NCBI GenBank assembly: GCA_030141605.1 | Contig: JAQGDQ010000068.1 | Span: 372,001 to 436,000 of the forward strand | DNA length: 64,000 nucleotides | Direction: 5' to 3' | Origin: Tubiluchus corallicola | Taxonomy: Eukaryota > Animalia > Priapulida | Shown here: one piece after another, positions 22,561-36,199 of the stretch | How the letters are laid out: each line of letters starts with the position of its first letter | How positions within the stretch are numbered: position 1 is the stretch's first letter | The notes under the pieces: model-generated | The model's database searches: none | What the model was told of the DNA's origin: nothing | Seen by the model: the letters and a program-made list of their open reading frames with translations, nothing else | Made by a program: the position numbers and the translations under genes

Positions 22561-24703
22561 ATAGGATTTCCTCCGGCAAGCAAGTGAACATTGAGAAAGC
22601 AAGAGCGCATGCGTGTCAAGCAGCCGTTTCTCACCGAAGACCCTTGCACGCTGGCTTCTTAATGCAGTTTTCAACACACGGATGCACCAGATTTAACATT
22701 ACTCAAATAATCTTCTTACTCTGCTGAACAAACAATTTAGGTTTTGCTATTGCTTTGAATAAACATATTAAGATATATCAAAATTTTGATAAAAATATTT
22801 AAACTTTCTGTGGCATCGTAGAACCGACGGCGCACTTTCCGTGCGTGAAGCTCTCTCGCCAACATATTTCGAATAGGGTAAGTTACTTTTTAGTACCTAA
22901 TTAGCAGTAACTATTCTAGTAGTGTCTAAAAAGCATACTAGTAAACAGAAGTAGCCAAGAATACTAAATAAAGCGTGTCTGGTATTATTTGTTTATAACG
23001 AACATTTGGCGCAGATACTTTTGTGAGTGATATAACTTTAGCGCCTAGGCCGCTACTACGCTCCCAAACTTATTGCCGAAACTGTCATCAAAAAATCATC
23101 CGAAAAATGCTTCTAAACTTCTAGCAACAAACTCGTTCTGCTTGAAGCCATTGTTTCCATGCTTTGTTCTGTGGCTTCACAATGAAAGTTCGATGATGAC
23201 AATTTTCCACTTATTATCGTGTGCAACAGTGCAACTAATGTCATAAATTTTAGCCTTTCCAACGCTTTACAACAATCGAGAAATATTGCCAAACAAAAAG
23301 GAGAGAATGAGCTTGACACGTTTTATATTTTTTGTTTGACGATAAATTTAGAAGTTCCAAAAAAAAACTAAGAAGGTTGACCAAAAAGATTTAAACTGTT
23401 GTGCGAAAACAATAGAAATAGTAAAAACATGATAGATTTGTTTATGCAGCCAGGTCTAGCCTGTCAATGGTCTAATTATCTAATGATCTAATTGGAAGTG
23501 ATCATCTTATTATCAATGATCATTTAATTATCAATGCTGAGACACTAGATGCCTAAATTATTAACAATTAATTCAAGAAATAGCCCTTGCATGTTAATAG
23601 TAGTACCAGTATTTTCATTTGAATTAAGTTAGCTCTGCAACTGTTCTCACAAAGACAAACGGAAGTTAATTATATTATTAGTTTTAATATTAATTTTAAT
23701 AACGTTATTAATGTCACGCGAGCTTTGCACACTGCCAGATTATCGTTGCAGTACAAAAATCATTTAAAATATTTTCGCCTATATGATTAATTGTGCAGAT
23801 CTACACGACGTATTTTGAGCCTTATTTCTTATTTCTCTGGCGAGTTTTACCAGAAATTATTCATTCATCCACTTATTCATTGAAGGGTAGCCCATTCATA
23901 CGGAGGTCATTCGTTCTTAATATTTTCCACTGGCTCGTTTTTCTTCTCTGTCTGTCAGTCTGTTTGTTACCCCTCTCTGGTGCCAAGTGAGATATGTCGC
24001 TATTGTAAAAATGACTTAAATCAATGGCGAGGCAGAAACAGATTTCAGTTAAACTCACCGTCAACATTGCCAACCCACGTGTGATTAAGACTCCAGGTGT
24101 TGTCTACTGGCAAACACAGGCAGTTAGAGTCATTGCGTTATAGTTTTTTGTTAGGCCAGGCAATTTTAATTATTTTTTAATCATATATAGGTCGTTCGTT
24201 AGATCCATCTTGCTCATGTAGTGACTCAATGTCAAGTTTTTTTGTTGTCAACAAGTTGAGGAAATATAAGAGGATTTATTAACACTTTAAATAATAGATG
24301 TGATATGTATGTATACATGATGTGTGAACAAAAAACGAAGTGAAATTTTATTAGTAGCTATTATTAATCCTATAAAGAACGATTTTGTCTCTACACGACA
24401 TTATCAGAAAATCAAGATTAAACAATTAATTCGTGCATGAAAATTCTGTAAAACTTTCATTTGATTAAACTTGTCTATGCTTATTATAATGTAAGTCTTT
24501 TTTTCTGGTTAAACATTTAAACTAAATTAACACAAATTAACTTTTGAAGAAGTGAAATTGTTAAATAATTTGACAGTGAAACATACGTGTTATTGAAATT
24601 TTGTTGTATAAACCAACTTAGTACATGTTTTTGTATTTTGTAATCACATTAGTGTGTTGTAAACTGTATGCATATGCCTGTAAACAGAGGTTTAATAAAG
24701 ATT

Positions 24704-24704
<1 letters not shown>

Positions 24705-24792
<88 letters not shown>
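24705..24792. repeat. (AAT)n microsatellite
   Basis: Direct inspection. Confidence 0.95.
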
Positions 24793-24796
<4 letters not shown>

Positions 24797-25157
24797 ATAC
24801 CTTTCTCCTCACTCATTTACCAAATCATTTATCTGTCGGTTTTTCCTTTGCACATTTCGTTGGTTTACTGCTTATTATAGTAAATGCAGGTAATTTTGCT
24901 CATTTGTGAATGTATTGTCTAATTATATATTTAGTCTAATATTTGTCTAATTATATATCTAATTTTTCTTATATGACCATATGGCTTTTCTAATATGACC
25001 ATTTTTCTTTATATCATATTTGATCTTATTTATTCGTTTCTGGTTTGTTCTTTTCTTTTAAAAAAGCTAAAAATGAATTTGTTTGCTGCTCTTTCGTTTG
25101 TTCGTTTGTTTTTACGCCTTTGTTATTCTGTTTGTTCGTTTTTATTTTTTCGAGCAC

Positions 25158-25211
25158 ATTCATCCGTCCAACCATCCATCCATCCATCCATCCATCCATC
25201 CATCCATCCAT
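25158..25211. repeat. (CATC)n microsatellite
   Basis: Direct inspection. Confidence 0.9.
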
Positions 25212-25645
25212 CTCTCAATGTCACCATTTAGTCAATTTGAAAAAATGTATCAATCATACTGTACGCAACACGCAGAGCAACACGAAGAGTTTTGTTGAAC
25301 TAAAATCCGAGTCTTTCGCCAGAAATGAGATTAAATATTTAGTCAGATTCGCCATTTGTAACACTTTAGCGTTATACTCAGTTATAGCTCAATCAGTCTC
25401 AACCGATAAAACCTTTAATAATAGATTACCAAAGCAGTTTGGGTAATGCTTTATGGTTTACACTGCATTGAGTGGACTGTCTTGTGATGGCAAGCTGTCA
25501 GTTACTGAGATCACATGCCATGCTTTTGTAAGAAATGGTTTCCTGCAGCGCGCTCTGAAAACTTTGTTACAGAATGTGATAAGAAAACAATGTTACGTGT
25601 ATTTTTGTAAAATTCAGCTAGTTCACGTTAAATGTTTTGTAAGCA

Positions 25646-25891
25646 GACGGTATAGTCTAATGGTAATGTCCGCATTCCATGTGGGTGACCGCGAGTTCGA
25701 TACTGTTGCCAGATCTTACTAAAGACTCTAAAAATGGTACCTACTGCTGCCCTGCCTGGCGCGCGGCATTTAGGGCAAATGCGGAATAATAATAGTCTCA
25801 CTTATGTAGTTGTAGAATTGTTATTTAAAGACGGCAAAAAGCTCTTTGAGTTTATGCTAATTGTTCATACAAAAGCCAATTTTAAATAAAG

Positions 25892-25939
<48 letters not shown>
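25646..25939 (+). mobile_element. tRNA-derived SINE with Meta/MESC-type central domain and (TTA)n tail
   Basis: A box TAGTCTAATGG (25653), B box GTTCGATAC (25695), then CTAAAGACTCTAAAAATGGTACCTACTGCTGCCCTGCCTGGCGCGCGGCATT, which resembles the metazoan SINE core as I recall it. AATAAA then (TTA)n at 25885-25939. Confidence 0.7.
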
Positions 25940-26479
25940 TTGCATAAATTAGTAAAGGTGACTTACTAGACACGTTCGATCAAGAAGTACTAGTACAGCG
26001 AAGCGATCGACTACCCAGTTAGTTAGTCTTGATTCAAAAATGTCGATCTTTGATGGGAAAATTTGACTAAGCAACCCAAAGTTGCAGGCAGGCGACTGAA
26101 AGAGGTTGAAAAAAGTTTGGCTACGTAATCTTTTAAACCAAAACAGTTTATGCGACTGCTGTAGCTTATTTAATTTAACTTATTTACTTAGTACTATATA
26201 GGCTAATATGTATATTGTATGTACATTATAATGTGCCTTAGATAGAGGCATGTACATCATTTATAATATACGGATAAAGATGATATATAACAAGCCTGTG
26301 TATTATACTGATACAGAACATGTAATATATAATACATTCAGGAGAGGCGTGGGTTTTTGTGCACTACTCAGGCAAACGATTTGTGACATTTCTGTAACTT
26401 TTTTATCTATCACGTTATAGTACTTGGACAAACAGTTGGACATTATTTTCTCGCACACTGGCCTATACAGATATACAAG

Positions 26480-26900
26480 CTGCAGGTAGACAGGTAGTCA
26501 AGCAAGCTAACGTAAAGGTAAGCACGTAGGTAGGTAAGTAGGTTTGTTCGTTGATTGACTGGTAAGTCTAGGTGTTGGTAGGTAGGTAAGTAGGTAGGTT
26601 GGTACTAGAGAGGTAGATTAGTTGGTTTGTAGGTGTTGGTAAGCAGGTAGCAACGGCTGTAAAGCTGTTGTTAATAAGATATGTAGGAAGGTATTGAGCA
26701 GGTAGTAGACAAATAGCCAGCTAAGAAGGTAAATAAATTTGCGGATAGGTTGTTTTAAGTATAGATAGGCAGAAATAGGCAAGAAAACAGGCCGTGGTGA
26801 GGTAAAATGGTAAGGTTAGAAAGTACACAATTACGTTGGCAGGTAGGCAATTAGCAGGTAGATTGCCAGACAAATTGTGGGGCAAGCAAGCTGACTAAAG
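26480..26900. repeat. Degenerate (GGTA/GGCA)n tetranucleotide field
   Basis: Repeated aggtaggtaagtagg-type units. Confidence 0.7.
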
Positions 26901-27099
26901 AAAATGATCATGCACATTAAATTAGATAATTCAGGTGAACAAAACAATGACGTTCAAACTAATCTGTTCGTTCATAAAGTGAGCAAAGTTAATTAATTTT
27001 GGCTTCTCGTAGGATTAAGCAGCTCGCTATCTTATCTTCAATTCACTATTTTGCCGATCCGAGATTGTAAATCCCAGATTAAACACCTCTAAAGATTTT

Positions 27100-27960
27100 G
27101 CCATGCCGATTTTAGCTTTTCAGATAAGGATTTACTTGCTGACATTTTATACAGTGTTAGAGATGGCATTTGGAAAATAGATAAAACTACAACACAAAAG
27201 CAGGAACTAGAAAAAGCATACCCATCAGAAAATGACTTAGGAGGTAATCTAAACTTTATGATTAACTTCATTTATTTATTCAGTTTTTTATTAGATGCAT
27301 TCAGAATATTGTAGAAAAAGTACGCATAATCAGTTTCTAACAGTGAGCACCACTAGAAAGTTTAATAAAGAGTTTTCATATATGCCTGCACAAAAAACTT
27401 GTGATTATGTATATACTGTGCACAGATTCAAACACATAATTTAGCCTGGTTATAATGCATACACGGCAGTTTTTTATACTTTGGCTATATAAAACGAAAC
27501 CAGCCGTGGATTCAGAAATTTCCATGAAATTGTAATTGTATGTTGCATCTTAATGAAACAATTGGCAGCGTTACAAATATTTTTAACACCTCAATGTTAT
27601 TGTTTGCGCTGTTGTGGTTTCAGGTTTGTTGTTCAGCTCTGCATGATATTTGTCTAAATGTCAATTTAAGAGAAAATTGCAGTTATCTACCCCAGTTAAA
27701 GATTACTGCAATAAAAATAAAGTTTAATTATTTCGCAGAGCTGCTACACCACGAACTCTCTTCGATTAACTATACTCATCATTGTACTGTCTTTTTAACT
27801 TGCACTTGAGAAAGTGAACGGTTTCTTGAGAGATGGCACATTGCCATGAAAGTAAAATAAAAACGACTGTACAAAGTATTTATTCTACAAAACTTACATT
27901 TACTAGATTTTCGTAAACGGGTTACAAAAGCTTTAGTGCAGCCAATCCAGAAGACTTACG
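27100..27960 (+). pseudogene. Highly decayed piggyBac (PGBD4-like) transposase relic
   Basis: Colinear frame-broken motifs SYMPAQK (~27377), MYILCTDSN (~27407), GYNAYTAVFYTL (~27448) and LDFRKRVTKAL (~27903). These correspond to piggyBac QYMPxK...KxxxLCDS, GxxVxTDNFYTS and the C-terminal LxFRxxxxxxL. Confidence 0.45.
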
Positions 27961-28149
27961 TTACCCTGGCGAAGAGGGCAGGACTAATACATAAGCAAAC
28001 TAAACACGTGCTTAGGGCGCCAAGGTATAAGGTGCAAGCTGGCAAAAAATCAATTGAAAACAGAAATTATTTTAGTAGAGTATGTTAAAGACCATAAAAG
28101 TCTTACACAGTTCAAAATGTGAGGAAGAGAACTACAGAAGAATGAGGTA

Positions 28150-29060
28150 CCTTGGCTGGGTTGTTTTTCATATCATTACATAGCATTATAGTAGGATCTT
28201 CACCTTTATCACCGCCTTGTCATGCCAAGTTGGCAACGCTGTAACCACGACATCTGTAACAGCCATTAACTAAGGTCCCAGAGTAGGAAGTTTCATGATC
28301 AGTAGCTCATGGAGAGTGGGGTCATTTTAACTTCCTGTTTAACACAATTCTGGGCCAAAGGTCACATACGATATAGACTTATAACTTTACCAATTCTTAA
28401 AGGTTCTTAAAGATTTCACAGCAGTGACAGCATATTGCACTTACATCCTTGATCCGTTACTGAGCATTGCATCGAGTTTTTGAAGTCAATAAAGAATTTA
28501 AGTAGCATAAACCCTACGTAAAACCATGGCGTTTGTTTTATATATAATGCCGCATAATTGAATCACATAATATGTTTGCTTTGAGTCGCGAAACGTGCAC
28601 CCGGTGACATGGGGCAAAGAAGAGAGTCGGGGCATCAGGTGCCAGGTATGTTTAGGGCACAAACACATCTTAATCCGGCCCGGCAGTGGCGATAATCTTG
28701 TGATCAACAATCCCCAGATAATGAATGCAATAATGTGATTAAATGCCATTAAAATTTTTGATTTGTTGTTATGCTATTTTGTCTGACCTTTCTGTGACCT
28801 TTCCGTCTCAAAGCGACAAATTATCACGTACCTGAGACCTTAATTTATTACACAGTAAGACTATGTAAAACAGTTTTAAAATGGGCGAAACGGTAGGCGT
28901 GGCCGTGTGGGCCCGATTTTTTAACGATTTAAACTTTGATCTGCTGTTTATGCATAAATCTCTAAGAATTTTCGCAGATGAGTTTGCATCGACAGAGTTC
29001 AACGTCTTCAATAAGAAAATTGGAGCATATCCATTACAATGGCGAAGCGAGCATCAATTT
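28150..29060. mobile_element. Probable unclassified non-autonomous element (TGACCTT/GGCGTGGC-rich, possibly Helentron-type)
   Basis: Motifs AAGTTTCATGATC, AAGGTCA, TGACCTTTCTGTGACCTT, GGCGTGGCC and a terminal ATGGCGAAGCGAGCATC are typical of such invertebrate elements. No second copy in the window. Confidence 0.25.
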
Positions 29061-29684
29061 CGGATCCAAGTTTTTGTACAGTAATGTACGCATCCGGGAA
29101 GATAAAATACACGGGTTGGCACAGCAATTACGAGCCTACATAATCATAATGATTTTCTGTGTTAATTTTTATGCATCAAAGTTGCAAGAATGTTTGTGTT
29201 ACCTTATTAAGCTCGTTTATTAAAAATTTGCAAAACATTAACGTTACATGATAATAATCCTCCATTAATGACTAAAACATGCATCAAATGAGTCTCTATG
29301 GTCGTATACAATGTAGCAATTTTGATACACATCGATCTGCGTAATTAAAATAAAACTGTACATTTTACTCTGCCATTTTCTGAGAATACTGACACACACC
29401 TGCAGCGCCGTAATCGCTCACAAGCCTTTAAAGGTAAAACATTATTAAGAAAATTTAATAACATAATTTAACAGAGTTATGTTTGCGCCGACAGCTGCTT
29501 ATATAGACTGATTTTTTTAATTATTGTATAAGATATAGCGTATAACGAAGAGTAACATGAGTTTACAAAAATCAATTTTTATGTACAGATCAGACAGGAT
29601 ATGTAATTTCTCAAGGCCTTTTCTTAGTAGGGCGATTATTTTATTTTTGAAACTGTAATTAATTCATCCTTCTTCTTCTCCTCA

Positions 29685-29734
29685 TCGTCATGATCATCAT
29701 CATCATCGCCATCACCATCATCATTACCACCATC

Positions 29735-29790
<56 letters not shown>

Positions 29791-29800
29791 TATAGTCATC
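29685..29800. repeat. (CAT/CAC)n microsatellite
   Basis: Direct inspection. Confidence 0.9.
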
Positions 29801-31789
29801 GTCGCCGTCAGGCAACAGTAAGATCTTGCTAACTACATTTTAGTCCGTCAGACGCAAATTTGCTGTAGTCTGATAATAATGGTTATAATACCACCATATG
29901 ATACCTATTAGCACAAAATGAAATGAAATGACATAAAATAAAATAATATGACATTATTATTGCGTTATAAACAGTATTCAGTGCAGAAGAGCACAAGATA
30001 CTGTTTAATGGTTGAATATAATTATTGTGAGGTACGGCTGCTTTACGTACAATCCAGTCGCGAGTGTGTACGATTTTATTCACTGGTTTTTCTTTCGCAG
30101 AGTCAACATTTGGTTTATAGGTTGCCCTAACAGGTTCTGGATATTCACAGTGGTGTATAGACCCAGCCCTTTTTATGCAAATACTCCAGAAGACAGCACT
30201 CGCCTGTTTTTACCGAAACAATTGCTAGAAGTGCGTGCTGACATTCAAACGCTCGTACTGCACTAACAACGAAAAAATTGAGAAAAATTGTTATTTTTCT
30301 AATTACTTGTCATGCGATGCAGAAAAAATGTAATTTATCTTTGCACTAATAAAACGGGATTAGTTGGAGTTAATTAGACGGTGTATTTGCTTGAGCTCAC
30401 AGTTTTCGTTTCGCACCGTAAACTCTGTAAGGAGTTAAACGTACATTTTATTTAGTGAATTAAAGGTTGACTGTGAAACATCAAATCGAAAAGCTTTCTG
30501 AAGCGTTAAATAAAGTTAATACACAACATATTCCCGACCGATTTGATTTAACCTGGTAACTTAAAGGTTTGCTTTTCATTCTAGTCTTGAAGAACAATGA
30601 ATAGGTTAACTATAAATAAATAATCACTTGTTTCACTTGAATTGAGAAAGATTTAATTTGATGCTCATATTTTTGACTTATTATTTAGTCCTGGGATCCA
30701 TTTTGGAAACATCTATATTATGAAGTACAAATAACTGGTATTTTAGTTATTTTTTTAGTTTCAATCAAGATAAAAATTCCAGAATCTCTGATTAAGAAAT
30801 GAGCCAAAATTGAATGAGTTTCGAGAATTTCAAATTTAATTTAATAAGTGAAACTCCCTTCGGGGCTGCAATTATCGTAACATCGGCGCTTCTGCAAAAG
30901 ACTTTTTTATTCAGAAGGACAAACGTTCAAAAAGCCCAAAGAAAATTAATCGTTAAACTGTTAAAACATTTTTGAAGTAACTTTTGGCAACAAATGATTT
31001 ATATTTTGTTCGTTTTTGTCATAAGGACAAAGGCTTCCCCAAGTAAAACCGAAAACGGTCTCAGTAAGAAAAACGTTCGGTTAATTTTCAAAACTGCCAT
31101 CCCTGTTTAAGAGATACCAAACATTCCGTACAGATTTGCACAACAAACCAATATTATTATTCCCAGCACTCATAAACAAAAAAGTAACGTCTATCGTGTA
31201 GATCTTAAATGTAGAATGTTTAACAAGTTACAATAATTCATTTTAGATCTTGCCCAAAAACCTGAAAAATGCCGACTTCTTTTACACAAACTAGACTAGA
31301 CGAAACTAGACTTACCATGCCAGTAAAGGACAGATTTTTCAAATCTTTCTTAGCAATACATTTATTTCTCGAGTTGCTTTCAGGTTTGTTTTTTTACGCA
31401 TAACATTGAAATGTACGTCTTTTTGCACATGAAACTTGAAAAAGCTGACGTTTGACGTTGATGAAGAGATATAATGTTATCACTTCCAGTCTAAAAAGAA
31501 CCTAACTACGAGCTTTGGGTGTTGATCATGGTATCTATTACGAACTAAAATTGTTCATTGTACCTTTCAGAAGTGCTTCCACAAGGCATAAATACTCAGG
31601 CAAAACGTTCGGTAAGCTAAACAAATTTCTATTTTGCGCTAGGAACTGAGTGGGAGAGATCAATGGATAAAAAACAGCTGAGCAGAAAAGTACTTGTGAA
31701 TTAAAGAACAATGAATAAAAGAAAACAAACGCTTTAAGAGTCAATGGGCATATGGTGATTAAGTTGAAGGATCACTCACTTGTAACAGA

Positions 31790-31813
31790 AAGAGAGAAGG
31801 AGAGAGAGAAAGA

Positions 31814-31895
<82 letters not shown>

Positions 31896-32541
31896 GGGGA
31901 GAGTGTGACAGAGAGAGAGAGAGAGAAATAGATACAGAAAGAAAGAGACAGAGACAGAGAGAAAGAAGGAGAAAGTATGACAAAGAGAGAGAGAGAGATT
32001 TTAAAAACTCGTACAGTTCTTTTGATCTTCATGTTTACTTTTCCTTCTGTCTTAATTCAGTGGGAATGAATGCATACGCAAATAAAAACAATACAGATAC
32101 AGAGACAGAGGCAGATATAAATATAGACACACACACAGGCACTGATACAGATACAGATACACACTTCTTATTCAACAAAGTCCACAACATTAAAATTACA
32201 GTACAAGGAAGTAAATAGTATTTGTATCTGTAAATATATGTAATATGTTTTTATTCATTTAAGCAATTTTTAACAGATCTATCGAGTCCTTTTACGACTA
32301 ATGACAAAGTGCAAGTTTAAGAACTACCTGACAACCTTAAATTCTAGCAAAATCACTAACTACGAGGTCTGGTTTATCATTTGTGACATTTCATCACGTG
32401 CTGTTTAAACGCAGACTGTTTTTTCATCAGACTCATAATTACCTTTATTTTGATGAATCTTGTCTGGTTTTTCTGTAAACATATTGCAGAACTTTACTGT
32501 TCTAAAATGTCTAGGGAATTGTGACATAAATTATTTCATCG
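31790..32541. mobile_element. (GA)n-anchored interspersed repeat, copy B (may extend further right)
   Basis: Near-identical to 11085-11788; identity ends at TTATTTCATCG (32541/11788). Confidence 0.85.
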
Positions 32542-35344
32542 TGCATTTTGTTTAACATTTTGCTGACAAATTAACGACTGTGAGCCTCGTAACGAAAGCA
32601 CAACTGAATGGCGGCAATTATTTTCTTTCGATTCAGGTGCTTTAAACATAATGATAGTCATACGCGGGCACACAAAGCAATTTAATACAAATGAAATTAA
32701 AAATCAGAAATAAAAAATGTGCTTGTCTTCAAAATTTCAAATTAAAACTGGATTAAACTGTAAAAAGATCAACTTGACGGTAATTTCTAAAAATCACACC
32801 AGCATCGAGAACATCTTTAGTTATATTTACTGCTATTTTATTTTTTGTTTTACATAATTTCTTATTTCACCTAGGTTTCCGTGATTGTTGTTTTTGAAAT
32901 TTTTCTTGTTGCTAGAATCTACACCCAGTTCGTCTTTTTCAACGCAAGCTTATTAGTGCTATTAATTAGGCTACTCATATCCAGCATTTTTAAAGGATGT
33001 GACGTTTGTTCTCATTCAACATTAGCCACTTTTGTATAGAAAGAAGCAGTTCCTCGCCAGCAGACTTCTATCACTTAATGCAGATGACTAAGCTATTTTT
33101 GTTTGTCTATGAAATGTTGAGACTAACAATTACAGAAGGACAGACGGTAATAGGATCACTAGAACGTGCAGTTGGAAGACATTGGAACAGTTTTACAGAT
33201 CGTAGCGACTCATTATAGTCACAATAATACGAAAAGGAAGAGCCATTGAGAATATTTTCGATACACTATCAGTTCAGCTGCTATATAGTTTGATTACACT
33301 GCGTACTTCACAGAAAACTTGCCTGATACTTCTGCCTGGTGCTTCTGTTAAAGTTGCCGAGCTTCCTTTTGCCAGTTTATTTTTTCGTAGCTGTGCGTAA
33401 TGAATGACCTTGGTATTGTGCTTCGCAGCACCCCATGTGTATAATCAAAACCAAATAAACTACATAATTACGCCTACTGAATGTAAATAAGCACGCGTAT
33501 AATATAGTCTCTGTTAAAGGACTTGGCTCTAGTCGGCGATGCTAAACTTATTTACGCATGCATGCCACGCGTAATACCAAACAAATGTGGCTCTCCATGC
33601 AGTCCATAATGTTTTTGCTGTGTTCAGTGTTTGTCATGGTACCGGTCGTACCGATTTTTGTTGTAATCAAAAGAAACAGAGAGCGGAAGGGGCATGGTGG
33701 GCATTCTTAGGTCAAAAGATAAAGACGCAGATACGTTTTAGTCTTTGTCAGGTTTCCGAATTCACAGGACTTTGCAATGATCAATCGTGGTGCAGTCTCC
33801 ATTTCCTAGGACTCGGCCCAATAGCCACAGTCAGTTGCTCAATGCTCAGAGCTTAAGACTGTGACACATTATTTCTACTTTAAGATCCGATAGTGCTTAT
33901 AGAACCATCAGTATTATGGAAGCAACGGCAGTCAGTAAGTTAGTTTAAGGGCAGTCACCGCCTCATGATAGCTAATGCTGAGTTTTCATGCCTAACCAAC
34001 TGACCTAGAGACATTGGTCCTGGGCTTGGGCCGGTGTGCAATTACTTGAGCTTCGTTATATATAAGTTTCAAAAATTTCGCGGCTTTGCTGGAGAAAATG
34101 CGAAGTGTGCTTTTCATTTTACCTTCAAAACGCCTTTCATTCGCTTAGCACAAGTTTTCGTAATAGAAGATTTTTTTGTATGTAAGGTTTCAGCATTAAT
34201 GCATTGCATGTAAAGCCTTCTTAGTGTGTTGAAATAATACATTTTTTATTTAAATTTAATACCTACGCTTTAGAAAGCTCGAAAAGTATCAAAGACACTA
34301 GTATTTCCAATGAAAATCACATAAATGTAGAAGTTTTTCATACATTCAACAAAAATAAAACTTAGACGTCACTATGAAGCTTCTTGTGAACATATTTTAT
34401 GTCCGTTTAAAGTACTCATGCAAATGTTTTTATTAATCTATCTAATATCACTCAATATTTAACATTTACAATAAAAAAGCTTCATTTGAAATTAACGTTT
34501 CAGTTGCTCACTGTAATAGAGCTCTGTCATTTAGCAGACTGGTGATGGCTGCTCGTATGCAGCTGAAACTTTGCTTTTAGAAAAGTTGTTTATATTGTGA
34601 AATATTAAATATTATTGTTATTGTTCTTGGTAGTAAAAGCTTAATAACTTTTTATACTTGTATTGCTTCATTCAGAAATTCATAAGGCGAATCATAATCT
34701 AGTCTCACTTAAAAAACCTTCAGAAAATGTACTACATCATGTATTTATGTGTTGATAACAAGAAATTTGTGTTGAATATGTAAGTTAATTTTAAAGCAAT
34801 GAATCCACCCAGTGCGGACAGCGTATATAATCACGGTTTTCTTACTTCAGTTACTTGAAAATGTGCATCTTTTTCCTATTAATTCGCACTGCAGCAGTTA
34901 GCATTTTACAACTCCATTCTAAATGAAATATCTGAGCTTAATCTGACACTAACGTCTCCTAAGTTGACAAAGCTATAAAATCGCATAACGACGCAGGGAA
35001 AGTTGATTGCCACAATTCCCGCTTATTGAGAAAACCGTTAAACTGATGTAACACAAGTGAACCGATTGAATTGTAAACAACATTTACTGCAAGTCAGGTG
35101 ATTATGTAAGCTCACAACTCAACGGGCTTTAGTGACAAGGACATCGTGACTCGTGAGATACGAACATTAAATTTTATTCTTTATAGCGAAACTCCAGCAA
35201 GTTTGCCTCGATCCTTATGGAATTAATTTTATAATATTGTTTTACAATTAATAATCATAATGATATATATATGATGAAACATCAAATCTTATTATTATAC
35301 CTGCTACTTCTACAGACCTGAAATAATGGTCATAACTGACCATT

Positions 35345-35378
<34 letters not shown>

Positions 35379-35542
35379 GCACTCTACATCTTTCATAGTA
35401 AACATTACGTGCTTAGTTCCAATTTCAGATTTTAGACAATGAGCTGTGATAAACCCGAATTAGCAAAGCTAACGGTTTATATGTAATTAGTAATAAATCT
35501 AATTAGTTAATTCATTATAGGAGGAAGGCCCTGAAAAATAGC

Positions 35543-35614
35543 GAGTCAATCAAGATTCGAACCCAGAACCGTGGGGCATCATGCTGCACACTCTCGTATT
35601 TTAGCTATCAACCC
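35543..35614 (-). mobile_element. tRNA-derived SINE head or tRNA pseudogene
   Basis: Minus strand reads GGGTTGATAGCTAAAATACGAGAG...GGTTCTGGGTTCGAATCTTGATTGACTC, with a degenerate A box and an intact B box. Confidence 0.55.
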
Positions 35615-36199
35615 ACATGACAGAACAAGTAGACCAGCTATTTTGAAGTAGACGCAACTAATTTGACTACATTGATTAGTTCAATTTTTTGCAAGCAATC
35701 GTTATAGTTGTTACAGCATATAATTTCTTGTTAATAGTGGTTAACAGTTATTACTGTGGAATCTTAAAAGTAATAAAATCTGCGAGCATAAATTATATTA
35801 TAAAATACAAACATTTTTATTTACAGCTTTATTCAGAACCTGTACGTAAAGTCACCTTCATTTAAACTTGAAACTGTAATCGAAAACGCATTAAATATCG
35901 GTAATGGCGATTATGGCGTGCCTCAAAAGCTGAAAACATTCATAAACAGTGAATGATCCACAGTTTGTGCGTCTGTCAATTATTTCTTTCCAAAAACGCT
36001 AATTCAGTCTTTTAATAATCAAAAATTGTACAAAAAATTGTAGCGGTCCGCAGCTTCGTCAAGTTGGAGAAAAATACATTGAACGCGCAATTGATTACAT
36101 GGTATTAGGCTTCTCGAAATTTGACTTTTGATATCAATTATACATACAGCGCTCTCACAACCATTTGTCTAGTGACCGTGTGAACACTCAAAACAACAC

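Noticed and set aside
33587-33856. ORF in a locally GC-richer patch, and a 37-aa hydrophobic peptide in another frame
   Set aside because: No domain similarity and no supporting gene structure.
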